Source: Gemmatimonadales bacterium
GTDB taxonomy: Bacteria > Gemmatimonadota > Gemmatimonadetes > Gemmatimonadales > GWC2-71-9
Direction of reading: 5' to 3'
Length of the DNA stretch: 64,000 nt
Assembly (NCBI GenBank): GCA_044869265.1
Contig: JBIOXD010000005.1
Coordinates: 4,684 to 68,683, forward strand
Made by a program: the position numbers and the translations under genes
Part shown: in pieces, positions 54,289-62,744 of the stretch
How the letters are laid out: each line of letters starts with the position of its first letter
How positions within the stretch are numbered: position 1 is the stretch's first letter
Notes under the pieces: model-generated
What the model was told of the DNA's origin: nothing
What the model saw: the letters and a program-made list of their open reading frames with translations, nothing else
Database searches by the model: none

Positions 54289-55958
54289 TGCAGTCGAATC
54301 ACATTCAACCGCGGAACATATGACGAGTTTATCAGCGCACCGGTCGGTGTCGTGAGGTGCAGCGTGAACCCGGGGTCACCGCCGGGTTGCGTTGCGCGGA
54401 CGTAGACTCCCGAGCCCGCACGCAGCGTGTCGCCGACATCCATGTCCCGGCCCACGCTCACCGGGGGAATGAGCGGATAGGTGTTCACGAACAGAGTCGG
54501 CCGTTGCGTGTGCAGCGACGAGAACACGGCGTGTAAGGCCCAGGAATTGTATTGCAGCTCGGCGGGCGCGGCGCCGTTGTCGGTCATCCAATTCGCCAGC
54601 GCCCAGCGACTCACGGTCGTGGCGAACGGTGTTCCGGTGGCGGCTGCGATGTTTTGCGCACCGGTGTTCGCCGTCCCAACCAGCGCCCTGGTCAGGGCGT
54701 TCCACGCGGTGCTCGTCGAGGCCGACGCGTGGTGGTCCACCACATAGCGGACGAAGAGCCACGCGGCCCCGCGCTCCGCGAGGGTCCCGAGGCCCGCGGT
54801 CGGCAGCAGGAAATGGCTCTGAGTGGAATCGAGATACTTGTAGGCGTTAAACAGATTGCCGACATGGAACCGGCATTCGGTCGTACCGACCGTGCAATCC
54901 GCCAGTCTGGCGTCGGGGGTCGCTGCGTAACTGCGGCCGGCGAGCTCCTCGGCATAGTGTGAGAATCCCTCGTTCAGCCAGAGCACCTCGCCGCTACCGC
55001 CACGGACCAGCACGTGCTGGTTGAAGCTGATCATATGCTGGAACTCGTGCACAAACGTGATCGGAAGGAACGCCTGAATCTCCTGAACCGTATGCTGGCA
55101 GCTCAGCGTTCCGGACGGGTCTGCCACCACGGAATAGAAGATCTCCCCTTTGTTGGAGCGAGGGTCGCTCTGGAACACGGGATCCAGGTCGGCGCCAAAA
55201 AAGAATCCCGCGACGAATCCGCTCTGTTGGCACTCGGTGGCCGTGACCAACTTGTTCACGACGTTGGTCATGAGCACTAGCACTACCTGATTGTTGTCGA
55301 TGTCCGATTCGACCCCAAAAGCGGCCGTGTCGACCCCGTAGAGACGCTGATCGAACACCTTGGCGATACTGTCCAGCGCGGTCGAGTCGAGCCCGCCGGC
55401 GGGTGCCAGCGTATCGACATAGATCGCGACCTTGGTCTTGAGCGCGCGCACTCTCGCGCCCACGCGATCAAACCGCGAGCAGTCGACTTTGGCGCAGACC
55501 TGGAACGTGCGAAGGCTATTCGGCGCCGGTGGCACCGCCGGGCTTGCTTGCGGTGCGGCGCCGCGCTCCGGCATGAATCCCCAGGAGCGCCGCTCGTCGC
55601 CCATCCTCAGGAAGGTGTGAAACCGCTCGGCGCTCGCTGCCGCGATACCGGTTCGTGCGACTGGCGGTGCGAGAACGACCGGCTGGATGGTATCGCCGCC
55701 GAGATGAAAGGCCGACTTCTGCCCTGGCGTTCCCGTCGCGAGTTGCGGGACGACGAGGTATTCCGCGGCCGAACCGGTGGCAGGAAACATGGCGCAGCCC
55801 TCATTGGCGCCGAGATCGAGCGACACGTATTCGAAGAGGGCGAGATTGACGGGCATCCCGCCCCCTGCCGGACACGGCTTGATGCTGGGGTCGGTGCCCC
55901 CGCTACACGCGAGTAACGAGACTGTCGCGGTCAGCGACCAGAGCGGTTTGCGGAGCAT
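54285..55958 (-). CDS. Gluzincin-type metalloprotease lipoprotein
   Basis: Start moved to MLRKPLWSLTATVSLLACSGG. HEFQH, then NEGFSHYAEE about 20 aa downstream. Confidence 0.7.
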   Translation of the reverse strand: MLRKPLWSLTATVSLLACSGGTDPSIKPCPAGGGMPVNLALFEYVSLDLGANEGCAMFPATGSAAEYLVVPQLATGTPGQKSAFHLGGDTIQPVVLAPPVARTGIAAASAERFHTFLRMGDERRSWGFMPERGAAPQASPAVPPAPNSLRTFQVCAKVDCSRFDRVGARVRALKTKVAIYVDTLAPAGGLDSTALDSIAKVFDQRLYGVDTAAFGVESDIDNNQVVLVLMTNVVNKLVTATECQQSGFVAGFFFGADLDPVFQSDPRSNKGEIFYSVVADPSGTLSCQHTVQEIQAFLPITFVHEFQHMISFNQHVLVRGGSGEVLWLNEGFSHYAEELAGRSYAATPDARLADCTVGTTECRFHVGNLFNAYKYLDSTQSHFLLPTAGLGTLAERGAAWLFVRYVVDHHASASTSTAWNALTRALVGTANTGAQNIAAATGTPFATTVSRWALANWMTDNGAAPAELQYNSWALHAVFSSLHTQRPTLFVNTYPLIPPVSVGRDMDVGDTLRAGSGVYVRATQPGGDPGFTLHLTTPTGALINSSYVPRLNVIRLQ

Positions 55959-57318
55959 CCAGTTCCCCCCGTCGTTCCGTGACTTCACCAGTGCGCCGCA
56001 ACGCCCATTGGAAGCAGATCGGACCCACCAACGCATGACATCCGATCATGGCCACGAGCAGCGCTTCCAACGAGACATTCCATTCCGGAAACGCACTGCG
56101 TAGCACGGCGGCGAGTGTGATGGCCATCCCGCCCTGGGATACCAAGCCGAGCCAGCCGTATCTACTCACATCGGCGCTGACGGGGGACTCGCCTCGCCGG
56201 CTTCGTCCAGCCAGTTGAAGCCCCCAGCGCAATCCATTGATCCGCAGGGCAACAAGCAGAATTGCCCATGGCCACAGCTTCAGCTCATCGAGTGAATTGA
56301 AACTGAGCGCTGCCCCCGCGAGTGCAAAAAATACGACATTGACCGGAACCGCGCACCGTTCAAGCTCACCATTGAGCCCCTCGTGCGCGGCCGGGGCCGC
56401 GCTCCGCAGCGTAAACCCGGCTGTGAGACCTATCACAACGGCGCCGAGTCCGGTCAACCGGACAATCTGAGCAATAATGAAAGCAAGCCCAAGAAGCAGC
56501 CACGCGACGCGCATGTTCCCGGCCAACCAAGCGCCCGGTGCCGAACCGGGGCGGAGGTACTGGGCAAGCGCGAGACCGAGCGCGGCGCCTGTCCCGACGG
56601 ATCCGACCAGATGCACCAGCGCCCGCACCGCACTTCCCGGCACGACTGCACCATCGCTGGCCACCACGCTCGCGATTGCCAGGACGACAATGATCCACGC
56701 CGCAGCCACGAGGGTTTGCACGATCGAGACGTCGAGCACGGTCCGTGACAACGGCCCACGAGATTGGGCATCGACGTCTCGAATCACCGCCCACGTGATC
56801 GTAGGAGACGCGGTCGCGGCGAAGGCGCCAAGCACGAGCGCCACGACGAGGGCATCGCGAAATGGCTGGTGCGCAGTCAGAGGAAACCAGGGACTGACCG
56901 TGAGTGTGACAAGCGTAACCAGAAGGAATGGGACGGCCGTGGCGCCCGCGGTCACACGCAGCAGTGCGCCTCGACTCTGTCCGCGGAATGCATCGATCGT
57001 GAGCATCGATCCGGCGGCGAACGCCAGGACCGCCAACGCACTGGTGGAAATGACGCTCAAGGCTTGCAGCTCGTCGACGCGAATCAGACCCAGCCATGGT
57101 GGTCCCGCGACGAAGCCGGTGAGCAGATAGCCGACGATGCGCGGCAACCGGATTCGTTGCGCGAGCGTCCCTCCGACATAGGCCGCCAGCAACAGCAGGC
57201 CGAGCGATAAAGTGGCGCGGGCCTCGACCGGCAACTGTCCGCCCGTCCCCATGGCGCGAGCGAATCGCTGGAGGATCGCGGTGACGACGAATGTGACTGC
57301 GAGCAACAGCCATTGCAT
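55903..57318 (-). CDS. Cation:proton antiporter (CPA family Na+/H+ exchanger)
   Basis: C-terminal 471 aa of track ORF 55903..59103, start MQWLLLAVTF. About 12 TM segments. The upstream 595 codons of the track ORF are antisense to dnaE. Confidence 0.85.
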   Translation of the reverse strand: MQWLLLAVTFVVTAILQRFARAMGTGGQLPVEARATLSLGLLLLAAYVGGTLAQRIRLPRIVGYLLTGFVAGPPWLGLIRVDELQALSVISTSALAVLAFAAGSMLTIDAFRGQSRGALLRVTAGATAVPFLLVTLVTLTVSPWFPLTAHQPFRDALVVALVLGAFAATASPTITWAVIRDVDAQSRGPLSRTVLDVSIVQTLVAAAWIIVVLAIASVVASDGAVVPGSAVRALVHLVGSVGTGAALGLALAQYLRPGSAPGAWLAGNMRVAWLLLGLAFIIAQIVRLTGLGAVVIGLTAGFTLRSAAPAAHEGLNGELERCAVPVNVVFFALAGAALSFNSLDELKLWPWAILLVALRINGLRWGLQLAGRSRRGESPVSADVSRYGWLGLVSQGGMAITLAAVLRSAFPEWNVSLEALLVAMIGCHALVGPICFQWALRRTGEVTERRGELDAPQTALVADRDSLVTRV

Positions 57319-57354
57319 GAGCGCGCAAGATACGGCAGATTCAGCGGCGTAACC

Positions 57355-60300
57355 ATGCCGTTCGTTCATCTCCACACCCACACTGAGTACTCTCTCCTCG
57401 ACGGCGCGAACCGGATCCCGGATCTGCTGGATCGGGTGCAGGCGCTGGGCATGGATTCGCTGGCTATCACCGATCACGGCAACCTGTACGGCGCGTGGTC
57501 GTTCTACGCCGAAGCCAAAGCGCGAAAAATCCGGCCCATCCTGGGGTTCGAGGCGTACCTCGCGTTCGGGAGCCGGCATGCACGCGAGAAGCCGTCTCCG
57601 GACGCGCCGGGCGGTGCGCCGTACTCTCACCTGGTACTGCTCGCCAAGAACCGGACCGGCTATCAGAATCTGATCAAGCTCTCGTCCATTGGGTTTCTCG
57701 AGGGCTATTACCGCCGGCCGCGCATCGACAAGGAGGTATTGGAGCAGCACCACGACGGTATTGTGGGGCTCGCCGCATGCCTCTCGGGCGAGATCGCGTT
57801 GTATCTGCGGCAGGGGAACTACGAAGCCGCCAAGGCGAGCGCCGAGTGGTTTGCCCGCACGTTTGGGCCGAACGGCTTCTGGCTCGAGGTTCAAAACCAC
57901 GGCCTGCCCGAAGAGAAGCTCGTCACGGAAGGGATGTTCCGTCTCGCCGCCGAGCTGGGCCTGCCGCTCGCCGCGACCAACGACGCCCATTATCTGAAGC
58001 GGGAAGACGCCGAAGCGCACGATGTGCTGCTGGCGATCGGCACGGGCAAGGACCTCGACGACCCGAAACGCTTTCGCTTCTTCGGCCAGGAAAGCTACGT
58101 CAAGTCGGAAAAGGAGATGCGCGAGCTGTTCGGCCAGCGGGCGGACGTGCTGACCGAAACCGCACGCGTCGCAGAGCTGTGCGAGTTCGATTTCGAGAAG
58201 CGCTATTTCCTGCCGCAGTATCCCCGCCCCGCGGAGTTCGCGACGGACCGCGACCTGCTGGTGCATTTGGCACGCAAGGGCGCGACCGAACGCTATGGCG
58301 ATCCACTGCCCGCCGCCGTCGAGCAGCGGCTCGAGTACGAGCTCGACGTCGTTACCAGAACGGGCTACGCGGGCTATTTCCTGATCGTGTACGATTTGAT
58401 CAAGGCTGCGCGCGATCGCGGCATTCCGGTGGGACCGGGGCGCGGCTCGGCGGCCGGCTCGCTGATCGCCTACGCGCTGCGCATCACCAACGTCGACCCG
58501 CTCCAGTTCGATCTCCTGTTCGAGCGCTTCCTCAACCCCGAGCGCATCTCGATGCCGGATATCGATCTCGATTTCTGTTTCGAGCGGCGCGGTGAGGTGC
58601 TCGAGTACGCACGGGAGCGGTACGGCCGCGGGTCGGTCGGCCAGATCATCACCTTTGGGACGCTCAAGGCGCGTGCCGCGTTTCGCGATGTCGCGCGAAC
58701 GTTGCGGGTCGAAATGGGCGACGTGGAGCGGCTCACCAAGCTGATCCCATCCGGCCCCGCGTTCAGCGTATCGCTGGCGGAAGCGCGCGAGAAGGTGCCA
58801 GAGGTCAAAGCCGCCGCCGCGCAGGACGAGCGCATCGGCAAAGTGCTGGATCTGGGAGCCAGGATCGAGGGACTCGCGCGGCACGCCTCCGTCCACGCCG
58901 CCGGAGTTGTGATCGCGCCAGGACCGCTCACCGATTACGTCCCGGTCTGCACGGCCCCCGACTCCAAGACCGACGCCGACGCGATCATCACGCAGTACGA
59001 CATGATCGGGCTCGAGCAGGTCGGCATGCTGAAGATCGACCTGCTCGGTCTCAAGACGCTGACCGTGCTGCATGATGCCGCAAACATGGTTCGGGAGCGG
59101 CACGGCGTCACGATCGATCTCGAGCGCCCCGATCTCGACGATCCCAAGGTGTACGCATTGCTCCGGTCGGGCCGGACCGCCGGCATCTTCCAGTTTGAAT
59201 CACCGCTCGCGACCGATTGTCTGCGAAACATGAAATGCGACCGCTTCGACGACCTGGTCGCGACGAACGCCCTGCTTCGCCCCGGGCCGCTCGATACCGG
59301 GATGCATCTCGTATTCATCAACCGGAAGCTGGGCCGCGAGAAGGTCCGCTATCCGCTTCCAGCGCTCGAGGAGATTCTCGCGCCGACGTATGGCGTGATC
59401 GTCTACCAGGAGCAGGTGATGCGCATCGCCAGCGCGTTGGCCGGCTATTCGCTCGCCGAAGCCGACGTGCTGCGCAAGGCGGTCGGGAAGAAGATCAAGG
59501 AGCTGATCCAGGAAGAGCTCGCCAACTTCGTAAAGCGCGCGATCACCCGCGGTCACGACAAACGCACGGTCGAGGAAATCGCCGCGCAGATCGAGACGTT
59601 CGGCCGGTACGGTTTCAACAAGTCGCACTCGGTCGCGTACTCGATCCTGTCCTACCAGACCGGCTGGTTCAAGACGCACTACCCCGCCGAGTTCATGGCC
59701 GCGCTGTTGTCGTCGGAAATCGGCAACACCGATCGGGTGGTGCAGTACATCAACGAGGCGCGCGAGCTTGGGCTTCAGGTCCTGGCGCCGGACGTCAACG
59801 AGTCGGGTTACAAGTTTACGGTCGTAGGCGAACAGCGGATTCGCTTTGGACTCGGCGCCGTCCGCAATGTCGGGGAGGGCGCAATCGCTTCAATCATTGC
59901 GGGTCGAAAGGACGGGCCCTACCGATCGCTCGTGGAGTTGTGCGACCGCATCGACTTGCGGCTGTGCAACAAGCGGGTGATCGAATCGTTGATCGATGCA
60001 GGCGCATGCGATTCGCTGGGAGGCGAACGGTCCCAGCTCGTTGCTGCTCTCGATCATGCCTTCAGCGAAGCGCAGGTCCGCCAGCAGGAGCGTTTTTCCG
60101 GGCAGCACGCGCTCTTTGGAGCCGAGGCCCCAACCCCGAGCCCCGAGGCCCAGCTTCCGGATATCCCCCCCTGGAGCGAGCACGAGCGCCTGACGCGCGA
60201 AAAGGCCGTGCTCGGCTTCTTCATCTCCGGGCACCCCCTCGCCAAGTACCACACGGAGGTAGAGCTTTTCGGGACGCGCACGACCGCCACGCTGGGGATG

Positions 60301-60834
60301 TGGAGCGAGCAGAAGGTGACCATCCCGGCGGTCGTCACTGTGGTGAAGCGGCAAATTTCGAAGAAGTCCGGCGCCGAATATGCGCGCCTCACACTGGAGG
60401 ATTTCCACGGGTCAGCGGAGGCGCTGGTATTTCCGGAGTCGTGGGCCAAGCTCAACGGCGTGATTCGCGCCGATGGCGCCTACCTCCTCACCGGCGGTTA
60501 TATCGCGCGCGACCGCGGTGAGGAACAGGCGCCATTTATTGTCGATGCGGTCCGCCTGCTCGACGATTTGAAACCGGCTGGTGCGATCGGTCTCGCGCTC
60601 CGCTGGACGATGAGCCGGCGACCCGATCCCGAGACCGCGCGTGCGATTGCCGCGCTGTGTGCGGCCCATCCGGGGCCGACCCCGGTGTTCCTCGAGTGGA
60701 CCGGGGGCAACGGCTCCGGCAGTGAGACGGTGCGGTTGCGCAGTCGCTCGTTCCGGGTGGATGCGGCCGACGATCTGCTGGCGGCATTACGGGAGATTGT
60801 TGGTCCCGATGGGGTGACGTTGGTACGGGCGTGA
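57355..60834 (+). CDS. dnaE: DNA polymerase III alpha subunit
   Basis: Start MPFVHLHTHTEYSLLDG (PHP domain). PDIDLDF, the KSHSVAYS finger region, and the OB fold. Confidence 0.97.
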   Translation: MPFVHLHTHTEYSLLDGANRIPDLLDRVQALGMDSLAITDHGNLYGAWSFYAEAKARKIRPILGFEAYLAFGSRHAREKPSPDAPGGAPYSHLVLLAKNRTGYQNLIKLSSIGFLEGYYRRPRIDKEVLEQHHDGIVGLAACLSGEIALYLRQGNYEAAKASAEWFARTFGPNGFWLEVQNHGLPEEKLVTEGMFRLAAELGLPLAATNDAHYLKREDAEAHDVLLAIGTGKDLDDPKRFRFFGQESYVKSEKEMRELFGQRADVLTETARVAELCEFDFEKRYFLPQYPRPAEFATDRDLLVHLARKGATERYGDPLPAAVEQRLEYELDVVTRTGYAGYFLIVYDLIKAARDRGIPVGPGRGSAAGSLIAYALRITNVDPLQFDLLFERFLNPERISMPDIDLDFCFERRGEVLEYARERYGRGSVGQIITFGTLKARAAFRDVARTLRVEMGDVERLTKLIPSGPAFSVSLAEAREKVPEVKAAAAQDERIGKVLDLGARIEGLARHASVHAAGVVIAPGPLTDYVPVCTAPDSKTDADAIITQYDMIGLEQVGMLKIDLLGLKTLTVLHDAANMVRERHGVTIDLERPDLDDPKVYALLRSGRTAGIFQFESPLATDCLRNMKCDRFDDLVATNALLRPGPLDTGMHLVFINRKLGREKVRYPLPALEEILAPTYGVIVYQEQVMRIASALAGYSLAEADVLRKAVGKKIKELIQEELANFVKRAITRGHDKRTVEEIAAQIETFGRYGFNKSHSVAYSILSYQTGWFKTHYPAEFMAALLSSEIGNTDRVVQYINEARELGLQVLAPDVNESGYKFTVVGEQRIRFGLGAVRNVGEGAIASIIAGRKDGPYRSLVELCDRIDLRLCNKRVIESLIDAGACDSLGGERSQLVAALDHAFSEAQVRQQERFSGQHALFGAEAPTPSPEAQLPDIPPWSEHERLTREKAVLGFFISGHPLAKYHTEVELFGTRTTATLGMWSEQKVTIPAVVTVVKRQISKKSGAEYARLTLEDFHGSAEALVFPESWAKLNGVIRADGAYLLTGGYIARDRGEEQAPFIVDAVRLLDDLKPAGAIGLALRWTMSRRPDPETARAIAALCAAHPGPTPVFLEWTGGNGSGSETVRLRSRSFRVDAADDLLAALREIVGPDGVTLVRA
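60123..60150. repeat. C-rich heptamers x4 inside the dnaE linker
   Basis: cgaggcc ccaaccc cgagccc cgaggcc encodes EAPTPSPEAQ. Same unit type as the right arm at 62099-62134. Confidence 0.7.
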
Positions 60835-60846
60835 GGTTTCCCAGGC

Positions 60847-60890
60847 TGTCCTTTAGGACAACGTCTGCCGAGCACACCCTTTAGGGTGTG
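60847..60890. repeat. Modular palindromic intergenic element, copy 2
   Basis: tgtcc-ttt-aggaca, then acgtctgccgagc, then acaccc-ttt-agggtgt. Confidence 0.8.
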
Positions 60891-60919
60891 AAAAACAATA
60901 CGTCGAACCATAGACCTTG

Positions 60920-61876
60920 ATGGCGACATATACCCTGGATTTCGAACGCCCACTGCTCGAGCTGGAAAAACAGATCGAGGAGCTGAAGCGCGTCGCCGGC
61001 GAAAAACCCGATTTCGCGAAGAATATCAAGCCGCTGGAAGACCAGCTGGCCGCGCTGCGCGTCGAGATCTACCGCAATTTGACCCCGATGCAGCGGGTGC
61101 AGGTCGCCCGGCACCCCCGGCGTCCCTATCCGCTCGACTACGTCAACACGGTCTTCACTGATTTCGTCGAGCTCCACGGTGACCGCCTCTACCGCGACGA
61201 TCCGGCGATTGTCGGCGGCTGGGCGCGGCTGGACGGCACCAGCGTGATGGTGATCGGCCATCAGAAGGGTCGCGACACCAAGGACAACCTCTATCGCAAC
61301 TTCGGAATGGCCCATCCCGAGGGCTACCGCAAGGCGATGCGGCTGATGCGCCTTGCCGCCAAATTCGGCGCCCCCGTCGTCACGCTTGTCGATACGCCCG
61401 GCGCGTACCCGGGCCTCGGCGCGGAAGAGCGCGGCCAAGCCGAGGCGATCGCGAGCAGTCTGATCGAAATGGCGTCGCTGCAAACCCCGATCATTACTGC
61501 GGTCATCGGCGAAGGCGGCTCGGGCGGGGCGCTCGCGGTCGGGCTCGCCGATCGTGTGTTGATGCTCGAGAACTCGGTGTATTCCGTGATCTCGCCGGAA
61601 GGTTGTGCCGCGATTCTATGGAAGGATGCCAGCCAGCGTGAGCGCGCCGCGGAGGCTCTCAAGATTACCGCCCAAGACCTGCTCAACCTGGGCGTGATCG
61701 ACGAGATCATTCCCGAGCCGGCGGGCGGCGCACACTCGGACCCCGAAGCCGCGGCCGCGGCGCTCGGCGACGCCCTGCAGCGGCATCTCGGTCAACTGCG
61801 CAAATACCGGGTCGACAAGCTCCTCAAACGCCGGGAAGAAAAGTACCTTTCCATGGGTGCGCTGACCGAGAAGTGA
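60920..61876 (+). CDS. accA: Acetyl-CoA carboxylase carboxyltransferase alpha subunit
   Basis: [16 protein letters not shown]...GAYPG..AEERGQ. The track start at 60917 is a TTG one codon upstream. Confidence 0.95.
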   Translation: MATYTLDFERPLLELEKQIEELKRVAGEKPDFAKNIKPLEDQLAALRVEIYRNLTPMQRVQVARHPRRPYPLDYVNTVFTDFVELHGDRLYRDDPAIVGGWARLDGTSVMVIGHQKGRDTKDNLYRNFGMAHPEGYRKAMRLMRLAAKFGAPVVTLVDTPGAYPGLGAEERGQAEAIASSLIEMASLQTPIITAVIGEGGSGGALAVGLADRVLMLENSVYSVISPEGCAAILWKDASQRERAAEALKITAQDLLNLGVIDEIIPEPAGGAHSDPEAAAAALGDALQRHLGQLRKYRVDKLLKRREEKYLSMGALTEK

Positions 61877-61877
61877 T

Positions 61878-62744
61878 TTGACGCATGTCTTGGAAGTCCG
61901 GTTCAAAGGGAACCGGCGCGAATATTTCAGCTGGCCGTCCGAAGACGCTCTCCGCGTTGACGATGGCGTCATCGTAGAGGTCGAGCGCGGGCAGGACTTT
62001 GGCGTGGTCTCCGCTGTGGGGGCCGTCGCTGCGAAGAAGTGCGAGCGCTGTGGTAACTGTGGGGCCTCGGGCCTGGGGCCTGGGGACTCGGGCAGTTCCC
62101 AGGCCCAAGGCCCCAGCCCCGAGGCCCTCAGGCCAGTTCTTCGCAAGGCCACTGACGAAGACCGCAAGACCGCCACACAGCTGCGCGAAAACGACGAAGA
62201 AGTGCGCCGCGTTGTGCGCGATCGCGTCCGCCAGCATTCCCTCCCGATGAAAGTCTCCGACGCCGAATGGCAGTGGGACAAGCGCAAGCTGACGATCTAT
62301 TTCACCGCCGAGCAGCGCGTGGACTTCCGGGCGCTGGTGCGCGACCTGGCCGGCTTGTTCCGCACGCGCATCGAGCTGCGGCAGATCGGCGCGCGCGACG
62401 AGGCCCGGCGCCTCGATGGCATCGGCCGCTGCGGCCGGCAGCTCTGCATCTCGAGCTGGCTGCCGGAAGGACGGCCCGTCAGCCTGTCGCTCGCCAAGGC
62501 GCAAGGGCTGTCGCTCAATCCCGTGCAGATCTCCGGTCCCTGCGGGCGGCTGTTATGCTGCCTGCACTACGAGCACGATTTCTACGTGGAGCAGCGCAAG
62601 CGCTTTCCCAAAGAAGGGAAAACGGTCCGCACGTCCGAGGGGATCGAGCGCGTCGTGTCGGTCGACATCTTTCGCGAACGCGTGATGCTCCGTTCCGACG
62701 CCGGGACGACGCGCGTCGTCACACTCGAACAGCTGCACGCGTAG
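61878..62744 (+). CDS. PSP1 domain protein (YaaT/RicT-like)
   Basis: VRFKGNRREYF, and the PSP1 core FRTRIELRQIGARDEARRLDGIGRCGRQLC...GPCGRLLCCL. Confidence 0.9.
   Translation: MTHVLEVRFKGNRREYFSWPSEDALRVDDGVIVEVERGQDFGVVSAVGAVAAKKCERCGNCGASGLGPGDSGSSQAQGPSPEALRPVLRKATDEDRKTATQLRENDEEVRRVVRDRVRQHSLPMKVSDAEWQWDKRKLTIYFTAEQRVDFRALVRDLAGLFRTRIELRQIGARDEARRLDGIGRCGRQLCISSWLPEGRPVSLSLAKAQGLSLNPVQISGPCGRLLCCLHYEHDFYVEQRKRFPKEGKTVRTSEGIERVVSVDIFRERVMLRSDAGTTRVVTLEQLHA
62061..62134. repeat. G-rich/C-rich heptamer-arm hairpin inserted in frame in the PSP1 gene
   Basis: Left arm ggggcct cgggcct ggggcct ggggact cgggcag. Loop ttc. Right arm ccaggcc caaggcc ccagccc cgaggcc ctcaggcc. Confidence 0.85.

Noticed and set aside
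57319-59103. Upstream 595 codons of the 1066-aa minus-strand ORF 55903..59103
   Set aside because: This part is antisense to dnaE. Only the C-terminal 471 aa (from MQWLLLAVTF) look like a membrane transporter.
13230-62134. Could the short tandem repeat arrays be CRISPR arrays?
   Set aside because: The units are 7-9 nt and directly abutting, with no 25-40-nt unique spacers. No cas genes are present in the window.
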